From the NCBI GenBank assembly GCA_963666425.2, contig OY762825.2, positions 64,001-128,000 on the forward strand: DNA of 64,000 nucleotides. Direction: 5' to 3'. A program made the position numbers and the translations under genes. Positions 9,057 to 20,156 of this stretch are shown here, in pieces. The stretch's first letter is position 1. The number at the start of each line of letters is the position of its first letter. Under the pieces are notes generated by a model. It ran no database searches and was not told the origin of the DNA. It saw only the letters and a list, made by a program, of their open reading frames with translations. The DNA comes from Bacillota bacterium. Lineage in GTDB: Bacteria; Bacillota; JAAYKD01.

Positions 9057-10154
9057 ATGTCAATGAAAGAGAAACTGCGTAGTTATCTGAATAACCTAAT
9101 GCTGATTCCCGGTGTTTCCGGTCAGGAACAAAGAGTTGTCAAAGCCTTATATGAAAAATTCCTCCCGTTGGCCGATTCCGTGGAAGTGGATGCCTTTGGC
9201 AATCTGATTGCGGTCAAAAAAGGCAAAAAAGCTGGTCCGAGCCTGATGATCACGGCGCACAGTGACGAAATCGGCGCCATCGTCAAGAGCGTGGAAAAGA
9301 GCGGCTTCATCCGTTTTGAAAAAATCGGCGGCACCGTGGATTCCCTTTTACTGGGCAGACAAATTGGCATCAACGGCCATTTTGGTGTGGTCGGAGTCAA
9401 AGCCGGTCATTTGATGAGTGAGAAAGAGAAGAGCGAAGTCATCAAGCACCGCGATCTCTATATCGATATTGGCGCCAACAGCGACGCGGAAGTGGCTGAA
9501 ATGGGGATTAAAATCGGCGATCCCATTTATCAATGGCCTTATTTTCATAGTTTCACGAATACCGACCGGGTCTGCGGTAAGGCCCTGGACGATCGGATCG
9601 GCTGTGCTGCCATGTTGGTTTTATTCGAACAGCTGCAAACCACCGATTTCGCCGGAACCTTGTACGGCGTGATCACGGTGCAGGAAGAAGTGGGTCTGCG
9701 CGGTGCGACCATGGTCAGCAATCGGCTGATGCCCGATTTTGCCATCGCTTTGGATACCATGCCGGCCGGTGATACCCCGGATGTGAATTATATCAAAGAA
9801 CTGCCGGTTGCCATCGGCAAAGGTCCTGCCATTCAGGTCTTAAGCGGCAGTGGTGCCCGCGGTATGCTCTTAAATCCCATCATGAAGCATATCCTGATTC
9901 AGTGCTGCGAAAAAGCCGGTGTGCCTTATCAACAGACGGTGTTCATTGGCGGTAATACCGATGCCGCAGCCATTCATTTAGCCGGACACGGCATTGTCAC
10001 CGGCGCCTTAACCATTCCGCGCCGCTATTCTCATTCCCCCATTGAAGTAATGGATCTGAATGACGCAGCCGGCACGGTGGCGATTCTGCTGCAAATCGTC
10101 AAGGATATTCATCTGTATGCCAAGGTAAAGTTTATCGATACCATCGATTTATAA
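9057..10154 (+). CDS. M42 family aminopeptidase
   Basis: AHSDEIG, KALDDR, QEEVGLRG, GNTDA and RYSHSP motifs. Confidence 0.92.
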   Translation: MSMKEKLRSYLNNLMLIPGVSGQEQRVVKALYEKFLPLADSVEVDAFGNLIAVKKGKKAGPSLMITAHSDEIGAIVKSVEKSGFIRFEKIGGTVDSLLLGRQIGINGHFGVVGVKAGHLMSEKEKSEVIKHRDLYIDIGANSDAEVAEMGIKIGDPIYQWPYFHSFTNTDRVCGKALDDRIGCAAMLVLFEQLQTTDFAGTLYGVITVQEEVGLRGATMVSNRLMPDFAIALDTMPAGDTPDVNYIKELPVAIGKGPAIQVLSGSGARGMLLNPIMKHILIQCCEKAGVPYQQTVFIGGNTDAAAIHLAGHGIVTGALTIPRRYSHSPIEVMDLNDAAGTVAILLQIVKDIHLYAKVKFIDTIDL

Positions 10155-10372
10155 AAACAAGCCGCCCGTAATTTTTAAAAAGCGCAGCCGATGAAAATAA
10201 TCAATTTCGTCGGCTGCTTTTTTGTGTTGCAATGTGCTACAGGGAGAAAGAAGGAAAGGGCAGCACTGTTGTGGAAGTAATCTATATCGCGTACTTTTTT
10301 AGATTGTCGTGTTGCAGATGACCTGAAAATCGAAACAAACATTCGATTTTAGTATAAGAAATCAGATAAAGG

Positions 10373-12049
10373 ATGGAAGTAAAAATGTCTATTGGTCAAA
10401 GTATTAAATTAATCCCGTTGGGCGGCTTGGGTGAGTTGGGTAAGAATATGATGATCGTCTGTGTGGGAGACGATTGGGTGATCATCGATTCCGGCTCCGC
10501 TATGCCGGAAGATGGTATGCTGGGAATTGATGTTGTCATCCCGGATGTCAGTATTCTCCTGGAAAACCAGGACAAGATCAAGGGTTTGATCTTAACACAT
10601 GGTCATGAGGATCATATCGGCGCTTTGCCGTATCTGCTGGAGCAGCTCAATTTGCCGGTTTACGGCACCAAGCTGACTTTAGCAATGGCGCGTTTTTATC
10701 TCAACGAATATGATTATTTCGAACCGGTGCAGATGAATACCATCGAAGCCGGCAAACCGTTTATGTTGGGACAGATGCTCTGTGAATTGATTCATGTTAA
10801 TCACGATATCGGCGATGCCTGCGGCGTGGCGATTAAAACCGAAATGGGCTGGATTATTCATACCGGTGATTTTAAAGTCGATTATACGCCGGTGGATGGC
10901 AAACGCACCGATCTGGATCGTTTTGGGACCTTAGGCCGCGAAGGGGTTTTGGTTCTGCTTTCCGATTCTGTCAACGCGGAATACATGGGCAGCACGCTTT
11001 CGGAAAAAGCAATTGGCGACCAGCTCTCCGGCATGATTCGTCATGCGGCGGGGCGTGTGATCATCCATCTCTATATCACCGATTTGGTGCGTGTGCAGCA
11101 GGTGCTGACCATCGCTGAAGAAACCGGCCGCCGCGTCTCCATTCCAACCGAGCAACTGCTGAATGTGATGGAGCGGGCGGAGAGCGCCGGTTGTCTGACC
11201 TACAGCCGCCGTAATGTGGCTTCGGCACAGAATAAGAATCACCGCGGCAATGTCAAAAGCAAACCCGGCATCGTTTTACTGGCTTCCATTCCGGGCGAGC
11301 CTTATCTGAGCCCCTTAAGCGGTGAGAGCGGTCAGCGCTTTCCATTGGAAAAAGAGGATACGGTCATTCTGACCGGTTCGTATCATGCCGGCACTGAGAA
11401 AACTTTCATTCGCACCATCGATATGCTCTATCGTCAGGGAGCAGAGCAGGTTTATGACTTGATTTCGCGCAATCATATCAGTTCGCATGCCGGACAGGAC
11501 GAGCTGAAGCTGGTGCTGTCGCTGACCAATCCCAAGTATTTTATCCCCATTCACGGCGAGATGCGCCATATGATGCAGCACAAATACCTGGCTGAGCAGC
11601 TGGGCTGGCTGGATGAGAATATTTTCATTCTGACCAACGGTGAAGTCTTAGAATTCAGCGACCTGGGCGCCGCCATTACCGACCGGGTACCGGCTGAAAA
11701 AGTATTGGTGGACGGTTTAGGTGTGGGAGACATCGGCAATGTGGTGCTGAAAGACCGGAAATTATTGGCACAGGATGGCGTGGTGATTGTGGCTCTGGCC
11801 CTGAAACGGCGCAGCAAACAATTGGTCGGCTTACCCGAACTGATTACCCGCGGTTTTGTTTATACCAAAGAATCGGAAGCGTTGATTGATGATGTGACAT
11901 CAAAACTGGCCGATTTTGTGCGGGCAACGGATATGAAGAATTACGATCCGGCACTTTTCCGCGGTCTCGTCAAGGATGCCGTATCGAAAATGCTGTTTGA
12001 GAAAACCAGGCGCAGACCGATGGTGCTGCCGGTTATTCTGGATATTTAA
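10373..12049 (+). CDS. rnj: Ribonuclease J family protein (divergent)
   Basis: PLGGLGELGKNM, THGHEDHIG, HTGDFK, HGE and C-terminal RRPMVLPVI; located upstream of ftsK. Confidence 0.85.
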   Translation: MEVKMSIGQSIKLIPLGGLGELGKNMMIVCVGDDWVIIDSGSAMPEDGMLGIDVVIPDVSILLENQDKIKGLILTHGHEDHIGALPYLLEQLNLPVYGTKLTLAMARFYLNEYDYFEPVQMNTIEAGKPFMLGQMLCELIHVNHDIGDACGVAIKTEMGWIIHTGDFKVDYTPVDGKRTDLDRFGTLGREGVLVLLSDSVNAEYMGSTLSEKAIGDQLSGMIRHAAGRVIIHLYITDLVRVQQVLTIAEETGRRVSIPTEQLLNVMERAESAGCLTYSRRNVASAQNKNHRGNVKSKPGIVLLASIPGEPYLSPLSGESGQRFPLEKEDTVILTGSYHAGTEKTFIRTIDMLYRQGAEQVYDLISRNHISSHAGQDELKLVLSLTNPKYFIPIHGEMRHMMQHKYLAEQLGWLDENIFILTNGEVLEFSDLGAAITDRVPAEKVLVDGLGVGDIGNVVLKDRKLLAQDGVVIVALALKRRSKQLVGLPELITRGFVYTKESEALIDDVTSKLADFVRATDMKNYDPALFRGLVKDAVSKMLFEKTRRRPMVLPVILDI

Positions 12050-12145
12050 GTTATTTAACTAAGAAATGAAAGCTGCCGTTAGCGGTAGCTTTTTTCTTGT
12101 ATAGTTCTTATCGCTTGTGGTATAATCAGCTTATGCATTAGAAAA

Positions 12146-14662
12146 TTGACAGAGGTGATTGATTTGACCGAGACCAAAAAACGCCGCAGAAGAAAGTCGG
12201 CACCAAAACCTTTTTTCAGCGAAGGTTTTTTGCGTTCCGCAAAATGGCTGCTGCCTTTGGTGGGCTCCTTTGTTTTAATTTACATCGGCATCAGTTTGTT
12301 TTACGATAAAACAGGCAGTATCGGCAGCGTGTTGGCCGATTTTTTCCGTTATATGTTTGGCAGCGCAGCCATCCTGCCGATTGCTACCTTATTATATGTT
12401 TGTCTGGCTGTTTTATTGGCGCGCCCAAATGGCATCCGCGCCGGGTTGTTGATTGGTATTGTCATTTTGAATTTTGTTGTGATGATGTCGGTCGCCTTAG
12501 GGTTTTGGTTTCAGCGGCAAGATATTATGGCGGAAGAGTCCTTTCGCCGGGCGGGTGGAATTCTCGGCTCTTCCTTGCTGAATGCTATTTTACAGATTGT
12601 TGGCACCGCCGGCAGCGTATTGGTCTTGCTTTTACTGGTTTTTGTGGCGGTTTGTCTCATCAGTCACCTGGCACCGTCCTATTTCCTGACGCTGTTTGGG
12701 CGGCAAATCAAGCGCTTATTCCAGGCCAGACCCAAAATCAGCCTACCTGTTTTTAACAAAAATCAACAGACTCAAAATGCTGTCCAACCCGCAGAAGCGA
12801 AACAGCTGCAACTGAGTATAGCGGCCAATCGGCAGCCGGCAGAGGCTGCCGCAGAAATTTCACCGGAGAAACGGCTGAGTTCCATTCGGATTGCGGGAGA
12901 GAAGATACAGCAGTCAGGCTTATCTGTTTCGCCGGCCAACGAAGTGATGCAATTGACTCCGGATTCGGAGTTGATTTATCAGCAAAACACAGCGCAGCTG
13001 AATTTAGACGCAGAAGAACCCGCGATGCAGCCGCCAAAGCCTCGCTTCACCGTGGAGAGTATCGCCATGGATGCGGCACCGCCAACCGCTGGCAATCCTG
13101 TTGCCGCTGTTCCGGAGCGGATGTCTAGCGGTAAAGCGATGAACTCACCGCAGCGCAAAGAAAATCCGTTGACTGTCGTCGGAAAAAGCACTGCTAAAGA
13201 TGATGTGGAAACAAGTGTGATGCCGCAGCATAAAGTAGCTGCCTATATCAAACCACCCCTGGAATTGCTTGCCGCCGGTTTAGCGATGCCGAAGAACCGC
13301 ATGGCGGAGTTAGAAGAGAAAACCGATCAATTGGAACAGACACTGGCCGTTTTTGGCGTCAAAGCCAAAGTGGTGCATGTCAGCTGCGGCCCGGCAATTA
13401 CCCGCTATGAACTACAATTAGCGCCGGGAATCCGCGTCAATAAAGTGGCGAATTTAGCCGATGATATAGCGCTGAGCCTGGCAGCGACCGGGGTACGGAT
13501 TGAAGCGCCGATTCCCGGCAAGCCTGCTATTGGCATTGAAGTACCGAACAAAGAGGTCGCCATTGTGGCCATCCGTGATGTCTTATCTTCCCCTGAATTC
13601 CAGAATTCCGATAAAGGGGTGATCGTGGCGCTGGGCAAAGATATCGCCGGTAGGACAATTGTGACGGATTTGACCAAGATGCCGCATCTCTTAATCGCCG
13701 GTGCTACCGGTTCCGGTAAAAGCGTCTGCATGAATTGTATTATTACCAGTTTATTGTATCGCTTTTCTCCACAGCAAGTGAAAATGATCATGATCGATCC
13801 CAAGGTGGTGGAAATGATCAATTATAACGGCATTCCGCATTTGTTGTCACCGGTAGTGACCGATCCTAAAAAAGCGGCCGGCGTGCTGCGTTCCGTGACC
13901 AAAGAAATGGATCGGCGTTACGAATTGTTTGCCGTGCTGGGTGTCAAAAGCATTGGTCAATTCAATGAACGAGTCAATTTAAGCGGCGAGCGCGAAGCGC
14001 TGCCCTATTGGATTGTTTTTATCGATGAATTGGCGGATCTGATGATCGTGGCCAAAGAAGATGTGGAAGAATCGATTATCCGCATTGCTCAATTGGCGCG
14101 GGCCTGCGGTATTCATTTGGTGATGGGCACGCAGCGGCCTTCCGCCGATGTAATCACCGGCACAATCAAGGCCAATATTCCTTCCCGTATTGCTTTTGCG
14201 GTTTCCTCCGGCACCGACTCCCGTATCATTTTGGACATGAACGGCGCCGAGAAATTGTTGGGCCGCGGCGATATGCTGTTTCAGCCAATGGGTATTCCCA
14301 AACCGATCCGCATCCAGGGAGCCTATATTTCCGAAAAGGAATTGGATGCGGTGATTGCGCATGTCAAAATGCAGGGTGCACCCGTCTTTAACGAGGCTAT
14401 TCTGACGCCGGAAGAATTGGAAAACGAAGAAACCGATACGGGTGATCTGGATGATTTCTTCCTGCAGGCAGCCCGCATCGTGATCGAATCCGGGCAAGGT
14501 TCGGTTTCCTATTTGCAGCGCAGATTAAAAGTGGGTCACAGCCGGGCAGGCCGCCTGATGGATCAATTGGAAGAATACGGCGTGGTCGGTCCGGCGCAGG
14601 GCAGCAAGCCGCGGGAAGTGACGATGTCGAAAGAACAATTGGAGAACAAATTCAGTGAATAA
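12146..14662 (+). CDS. ftsK: DNA translocase FtsK/SpoIIIE (start may be TTG at 12164)
   Basis: N-terminal TM domain, GATGSGKS, IDELADLM, TQRPS, C-terminal gamma domain. Confidence 0.95.
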   Translation: MTEVIDLTETKKRRRRKSAPKPFFSEGFLRSAKWLLPLVGSFVLIYIGISLFYDKTGSIGSVLADFFRYMFGSAAILPIATLLYVCLAVLLARPNGIRAGLLIGIVILNFVVMMSVALGFWFQRQDIMAEESFRRAGGILGSSLLNAILQIVGTAGSVLVLLLLVFVAVCLISHLAPSYFLTLFGRQIKRLFQARPKISLPVFNKNQQTQNAVQPAEAKQLQLSIAANRQPAEAAAEISPEKRLSSIRIAGEKIQQSGLSVSPANEVMQLTPDSELIYQQNTAQLNLDAEEPAMQPPKPRFTVESIAMDAAPPTAGNPVAAVPERMSSGKAMNSPQRKENPLTVVGKSTAKDDVETSVMPQHKVAAYIKPPLELLAAGLAMPKNRMAELEEKTDQLEQTLAVFGVKAKVVHVSCGPAITRYELQLAPGIRVNKVANLADDIALSLAATGVRIEAPIPGKPAIGIEVPNKEVAIVAIRDVLSSPEFQNSDKGVIVALGKDIAGRTIVTDLTKMPHLLIAGATGSGKSVCMNCIITSLLYRFSPQQVKMIMIDPKVVEMINYNGIPHLLSPVVTDPKKAAGVLRSVTKEMDRRYELFAVLGVKSIGQFNERVNLSGEREALPYWIVFIDELADLMIVAKEDVEESIIRIAQLARACGIHLVMGTQRPSADVITGTIKANIPSRIAFAVSSGTDSRIILDMNGAEKLLGRGDMLFQPMGIPKPIRIQGAYISEKELDAVIAHVKMQGAPVFNEAILTPEELENEETDTGDLDDFFLQAARIVIESGQGSVSYLQRRLKVGHSRAGRLMDQLEEYGVVGPAQGSKPREVTMSKEQLENKFSE

Positions 14663-14691
14663 CGATATCAACAAACAATAAGGAGTAAACA

Positions 14692-16548
14692 ATGGCTTTT
14701 TTACCGATAACTGCAGCCGAAATGCAGGCAAGAGAATGGGATGAATGTGATTTTATTATGGTCTGCGGTGACGCTTATGTGGATCATCCCAGCTTTGGCA
14801 GCGCGATTATCAGCCGCATGTTGGAAGCGGAAGGGTTCCGGGTGGGGATGATTGCCCAACCCAACTGGAAAGACGATAAACAATTTACGCAGCTCGGCAG
14901 GCCGCGTTTGGGCTTTTTGGTTTCCAGCGGCAATTTAGATTCGATGCTGAATAATTATACGGCCAATAAAAAGCGGCGCAGCGAAGACGATTATGCGGCC
15001 GGCGGAATCGGGGGTAAAAGACCGAATCGGGCGGTGACGGTTTATTGTCAGATCATTCGGCGCTTATATGGCGATGTACCGATTGTACTCGGCGGCATCG
15101 AAGCGAGCTTACGTAAAATGGCGCATTACGATTACTGGGACGATAAAGTGATGCAATCTATTTTAGCGGACAGCAAGGCCGATCTGCTGATTTACGGCAT
15201 GGGCGAGAAACAGACGAAGGAAATTGCAAGATATGCGCGAAGAGGCGTACCCCTGACCAAATTGCACGAAATTGCCGGCAGCGCCTATCTGCAGGATGAG
15301 TTCAGCCCGGAAGAGAATACCGTCGAGCTTCCTTCCTATGAACAGGTTGTCAATGACAGAAGAAGTTACGCCACAGCATTTCGCCTCAGCGAACTGGAAC
15401 AAAATCCTTTTTCCGGGAAGAAGCTGGCGCAAAAACAGAAAACCAATTGGCTGATCGTCAATCCCCCGGCGAAACCGCTTTCTACCGCCGAATTGGATGC
15501 GGTCTACGATCTGCCTTATGAACGAGCCTGGCATCCCAGCTACGATGCTTTGGGTGGTGTTCCGGCGCTGCATGAAGTGGAATTCAGCATCACCAGTCAT
15601 CGCGGCTGCTTTGGTGGCTGCAATTTTTGTGCTATCACCAGCCATCAGGGCAGAATCATCCAAGCCCGCAGCCATGAGAGTATTTTGCGTGAGATTCGGC
15701 TGATGACCAACTCCCATCGCTTTAAAGGTTATATTCACGATATTGGGGGACCCAGCGCCAATTTCCGCATTCCATCCTGTCAAAAACAATTGACGGTGGG
15801 AACCTGCAGTAACCGTCAATGTTTGTTCCCCGAACCTTGTCCCAATTTGGATGCCGACCACAGCGATTATTTTGCCCTGCTGCGGGAGGCACGCGTGATT
15901 CCCAAGGTAAAGAAAGTTTTCGTCCGTTCCGGCGTACGTTATGATTACTTGCTGGCGGATCCCAAGGGCAGAGCCTATTTGAAGGAACTCTGTCAGTACC
16001 ATATCAGCGGACAATTAAAAGTGGCGCCGGAGCATGTGGCCGATTCGGTGATGCAGACTATGGGCAAACCCGGTGTCAGCGTCTTCAATCGCTTCCGCAA
16101 AATGTACGAAGAAGTCAATCGGGAATTGGGCAGAGATCAGTTTTTGGTGCCTTATTTCATGACATCTCATCCCGGCTGCTCCCTGCAGGACGCCGTGACA
16201 CTAGCAGAATATGTGCATGATCTCGGCTTTCAGCCGGAGCAGGTACAGGATTTCATCCCAACTCCAGGCAGTGTTTCCACCGCAATGTATTACACCGGCT
16301 TGAACCCGATGACCGGGGAAGCCGTAACCGTGGTCAAAACAGCAGAAAAACGCAAACTGCAGCGCGCATTGCTGCAATACCGCCGTCCGGACAATCGTGA
16401 CGAAGTCTTGAAAGCCTTACATCAGGCAGGCAGAGAAGACTTAATCGGTTATGATAAAAACAGTCTAATCCGTCCTACGGGCAACGTGCAGCCTAAAAAA
16501 ACACGGCGCAGCGGCTATAAAAAACCAAATCTGGGGGCTAGAAAATGA
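14692..16548 (+). CDS. YgiQ/UPF0313 family radical SAM protein
   Basis: GDAYVDHPSFG, CFGGCNFC, LKVAPEH, QVQDF. Confidence 0.92.
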   Translation: MAFLPITAAEMQAREWDECDFIMVCGDAYVDHPSFGSAIISRMLEAEGFRVGMIAQPNWKDDKQFTQLGRPRLGFLVSSGNLDSMLNNYTANKKRRSEDDYAAGGIGGKRPNRAVTVYCQIIRRLYGDVPIVLGGIEASLRKMAHYDYWDDKVMQSILADSKADLLIYGMGEKQTKEIARYARRGVPLTKLHEIAGSAYLQDEFSPEENTVELPSYEQVVNDRRSYATAFRLSELEQNPFSGKKLAQKQKTNWLIVNPPAKPLSTAELDAVYDLPYERAWHPSYDALGGVPALHEVEFSITSHRGCFGGCNFCAITSHQGRIIQARSHESILREIRLMTNSHRFKGYIHDIGGPSANFRIPSCQKQLTVGTCSNRQCLFPEPCPNLDADHSDYFALLREARVIPKVKKVFVRSGVRYDYLLADPKGRAYLKELCQYHISGQLKVAPEHVADSVMQTMGKPGVSVFNRFRKMYEEVNRELGRDQFLVPYFMTSHPGCSLQDAVTLAEYVHDLGFQPEQVQDFIPTPGSVSTAMYYTGLNPMTGEAVTVVKTAEKRKLQRALLQYRRPDNRDEVLKALHQAGREDLIGYDKNSLIRPTGNVQPKKTRRSGYKKPNLGARK

Positions 16549-17879
16549 AATTCTCGATGATCTCTTTGGGCTGCACCAAAAACCTGGTCGACAGCGAAAT
16601 GATGATGGGTGTTTTGGCGAACGCCGGTTATACTTATGCGCAGCCGGAAGAATCCGAAGTAGTGGTCGTCAATACCTGCGGTTTTATCGAATCGGCTAAA
16701 CAGGAATCGATCGATCAGATTCTGGAAATGGCCGAACTGAAAAAAACCGGAGCGTTAAAGTATCTCTTGGTGACTGGCTGTTTGGTGCAGCGCTATGCCA
16801 AGGAATTGGCAGCGGAACTACCGGAAGTGGACGCTTTAATCGGTGTGGGTGATTTCCCTTCTGTGTTGAAGATCTTGGAGCAGATCCGCCAGCAAAAACA
16901 GCAAGTGGTAGCGGTCAGCGAGCCTGAGAATTATTTGTTTGATCATACCATGCCGCGTATGCAGGCAACGATGCCGGCGATCGCATATGTTAAAATTGCC
17001 GACGGCTGCAATAACCGCTGCAGCTATTGTGCCATCCCAATGATCCGCGGTCATTACCGCAGCCGCACGGTGGAAGATATTCTGGCAGAATGCCGCGAAC
17101 TGGTGGCGAACGGCGTGCGCGAGATTTGTCTGATTGCGCAGGACTGCACGCTCTATGGCCAAGACCTTTACGGCGAATATGCTCTCGGCCGTCTCTGCCG
17201 CGAACTGGTGCAAATAGCAGAACTGCACTGGCTGAGAATTCTTTATTTCTACCCGACACATTTTACCGACGACTTTATAGAATTGATGGCAAGCAATCCC
17301 AAGATGTGTCAGTACATCGACCTGCCGCTGCAGCATTGCCAGGACAGCATTCTGCAAGCCATGCATCGCACCGGCAGCAAAGCGGAAATTCTCGCCCTGA
17401 TTGCCAAATTGCGCCAGGCGATGCCGGATTTGGTTTTACGCACCAGTTATATCGCCGGTTTCCCGGGGGAAACCGCAGAGGATGCCGAAGCACTGCGTCA
17501 ATTTATTTTACAGACGAAATTTGATCATGTTGGTGTCTTCACTTATTCGGCCGAAGACGGTACCGGCGCGGTTGCTATGCCAATGCAAGTGGAAGAAGCA
17601 GAAAAACAGCGGCGGCGCAATTTGCTGATGGAAGCGCAGCAAAGTGTGGTGCAGGAAAAATTGCAGCGTTGGCTGGGCAAGGAGATTGAGGTCCTCTTGG
17701 AGAAAGAAGTGTCCGAACAGTGTTGGCTGGGACGTTTTCGCGGTCAGGCACCCGATATCGATGGCCTGGTGATTTATCAGGGCAACGGTGTGGTGGGGAG
17801 CTTTGTCAAGGCGAGAGCAATCGCAATTCAAGGCTATGATTTAGTGGCAGAAGCAATTAAAGGAGATGGCATCGCATGA
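16545..17879 (+). CDS. rimO: Ribosomal protein S12 methylthiotransferase
   Basis: SLGCTKNLVDSE, NTCGFI, CNNRCSYC, APDIDG TRAM domain. Confidence 0.93.
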   Translation: MKFSMISLGCTKNLVDSEMMMGVLANAGYTYAQPEESEVVVVNTCGFIESAKQESIDQILEMAELKKTGALKYLLVTGCLVQRYAKELAAELPEVDALIGVGDFPSVLKILEQIRQQKQQVVAVSEPENYLFDHTMPRMQATMPAIAYVKIADGCNNRCSYCAIPMIRGHYRSRTVEDILAECRELVANGVREICLIAQDCTLYGQDLYGEYALGRLCRELVQIAELHWLRILYFYPTHFTDDFIELMASNPKMCQYIDLPLQHCQDSILQAMHRTGSKAEILALIAKLRQAMPDLVLRTSYIAGFPGETAEDAEALRQFILQTKFDHVGVFTYSAEDGTGAVAMPMQVEEAEKQRRRNLLMEAQQSVVQEKLQRWLGKEIEVLLEKEVSEQCWLGRFRGQAPDIDGLVIYQGNGVVGSFVKARAIAIQGYDLVAEAIKGDGIA

Positions 17880-19117
17880 ATGCGGAATTAATATCCGTCG
17901 GCACAGAAATTCTCTTAGGCCAAATCGTCAATACCAATGCCGCCTGGTTGGCGCAGCGTTTGGCGGATTTTGGCATCAATGTTTATCGTCAGATTACCGT
18001 AGGTGACAATGCGGCGCGCTTGACGGCCTGCATCCGCGAATCGATGTCGCGGGCTGATATTTTGATTTTAACCGGCGGTCTCGGCCCCACCGATGACGAC
18101 CTGACCCGGGAAGCGGTGGCGGAAGCAACCGGCCGCGAATTGGTCCTGGATGAAGGTCAGTTGAATTGGTTGATCAACCGTTTTCAATCCCGTCATGGCA
18201 AAATGACAGAGAATAACCGCAAACAGGCACTGAAACCACTGGGATCGATGCTGTTGGAGAATCCCAATGGCACAGCCTGCGGTTATGCCGTACCTTACCA
18301 GGATAAATGGCTTTTTTTGCTGCCCGGACCGCCTTGGGAAATGGACGCGATGTTCGAGAACCAAGTTGTACCGCTGCTGAAAGAACTGTATAATTTGGAA
18401 CAGCATTTATTCTCCCGCAATCTCAAATTCTTTGGAATCGGCGAATCGCAATTGGAGACGGAAGTACTCGACCTGATGCGCAGCCAGGTCGATCCTACCA
18501 TGGCGCTATATGCCGGCATGGGAGAAACCAAAATGCGTCTGACCACCAGAGCCGCCAATCGTGAGGTAGCGGATCTGAAATTTGACGCGCTCACTGCCGA
18601 AATTGCCAAACGTGTGGGAGAACACATTTACGGTACAGATGAAGATACGATCTTTTTCGCCGCAGCCAATCTGTTGTTGGCGCGTGGGGAAACCTTAGCG
18701 ACGGCAGAATCCTGCAGCGGCGGTCTTTTAGCCAGTTCGTTTACCGATATTCCCGGTAGTTCCGGTTATTTCCGGCAAGGTTGGGTCACTTACAGCAATG
18801 AAAGCAAAATGCAGCAGCTGCGAGTCAAGCCGGAGACGCTGGCGACCTTCGGCGCGGTCAGCGAAGAAACGGTGCGCGAGATGGCGGAACAGGCCAGAGC
18901 GATCAGCGGAACGGATTATGCCATTGCGGTCAGCGGCGTAGCCGGGCCAGGCGGCGGGACGGCCGAGAAACCGGTTGGCTTGGTTTGGCTGGCGGTTGCG
19001 TCCGGCAGCACTACCATGAGCAAGCAATTGAATTTGAGCGGTTCACGCAGTCAGATCAAAATGAGAACCGTAAAAAATGCCGCTTATCTCTTATGGCAAA
19101 CCCTAAAAACAAAATAA
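17876..19117 (+). CDS. cinA: Competence/damage-inducible protein CinA
   Basis: VGTEILLG, GGLGPTDDD, AESCSGG (PncC domain). Confidence 0.93.
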   Translation: MNAELISVGTEILLGQIVNTNAAWLAQRLADFGINVYRQITVGDNAARLTACIRESMSRADILILTGGLGPTDDDLTREAVAEATGRELVLDEGQLNWLINRFQSRHGKMTENNRKQALKPLGSMLLENPNGTACGYAVPYQDKWLFLLPGPPWEMDAMFENQVVPLLKELYNLEQHLFSRNLKFFGIGESQLETEVLDLMRSQVDPTMALYAGMGETKMRLTTRAANREVADLKFDALTAEIAKRVGEHIYGTDEDTIFFAAANLLLARGETLATAESCSGGLLASSFTDIPGSSGYFRQGWVTYSNESKMQQLRVKPETLATFGAVSEETVREMAEQARAISGTDYAIAVSGVAGPGGGTAEKPVGLVWLAVASGSTTMSKQLNLSGSRSQIKMRTVKNAAYLLWQTLKTK

Positions 19118-19171
19118 AGATTAGAAATTTGACGGCCTGGATTTTAAAAAGGGAAGGAGGATTGAGAAAGC

Positions 19172-20029
19172 ATGAATTTTCTCAATCTTCCTTTTACGTT
19201 GACTGGCGAAACCACGGCCAGAGCCCTGGCGCGTTTACAACCGCAAGACGGCAGCAACAATGTGCTCTCGCTGCGTGACTTGGAATTCATTGATCCTTTT
19301 GGCTTGGTTCTAACCTTGTCTTATCTGCGCTACCTCGCTATGGTGGTGGAGCGGGTCGGCTTATATCTGCCGCAAAACGATCAAGTCTTATCCTATTTGC
19401 AGCGCAGCGGATTTTTAAGTGAAGCCGAAAAGTATGCCACCCTGATTCCCAGCCAGCGCCTGCATTTTTTGCCACAAAGCGGGGAAGAACCCTGGCTGAT
19501 TCCCATCACCGTGATGAAACAGGAAGAAGATGTGGCGGGCTTAGTAATGATGATGATGAAAAATATGCAGCGTATGCTGCAAAACGGTGAAAAATCTCTC
19601 AGCCGCGATCAGCTGCAGATTTGCACGCTGCTGTCGGAAGTCTGCCAAAATGTGCCGCAGCACAGCGGTGATTTTGGCATCGTCGCCGCACAAAGTTATC
19701 GCAGCAAGCAAACAGGCGGCCGCAGCATCCATTTTGCCATCGCCGATTTGGGAATTGGTCTGCGCGGCAGCCTTTCCATTCATCATCCGGTGCGGGATTG
19801 GTCGGATGAAGCGGTGATCCGCTATGCTTTGCAGCAGGGTGTCTCCGGTACCAATGAAGCCGGCCGTGGTTTGGGTTTGACCCAGGTGGTGAAGGCCTTA
19901 GAACGCATGAATGGTGTTTTTTATCTGCGCTCAGGCAACGGGCTCTATGTGCAGAATAATTTTAGACAAGTTTACTACCCTTGCGGGTTTTTCCCGGGTG
20001 TACAAGTCAGTTTGGTAATTCATAGCTGA
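19172..20029 (+). CDS. STAS-like plus GHKL/HATPase domain protein
   Basis: FIDPFG N-terminal segment; ExxxNxxxH, DLGIG and GRGLGL boxes. Confidence 0.75.
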   Translation: MNFLNLPFTLTGETTARALARLQPQDGSNNVLSLRDLEFIDPFGLVLTLSYLRYLAMVVERVGLYLPQNDQVLSYLQRSGFLSEAEKYATLIPSQRLHFLPQSGEEPWLIPITVMKQEEDVAGLVMMMMKNMQRMLQNGEKSLSRDQLQICTLLSEVCQNVPQHSGDFGIVAAQSYRSKQTGGRSIHFAIADLGIGLRGSLSIHHPVRDWSDEAVIRYALQQGVSGTNEAGRGLGLTQVVKALERMNGVFYLRSGNGLYVQNNFRQVYYPCGFFPGVQVSLVIHS

Positions 20030-20156
20030 CGAAGACAAGATGAAACGTGAATTTTTGCTTCGGGTAGCTAAATATTCGCTGCATGAGAAGGAGAAATTCC
20101 AGTAATTGACGAACTGATACGTCGTGTGCAGAAATGAGAAGAAGGGGAGAGCAAGA

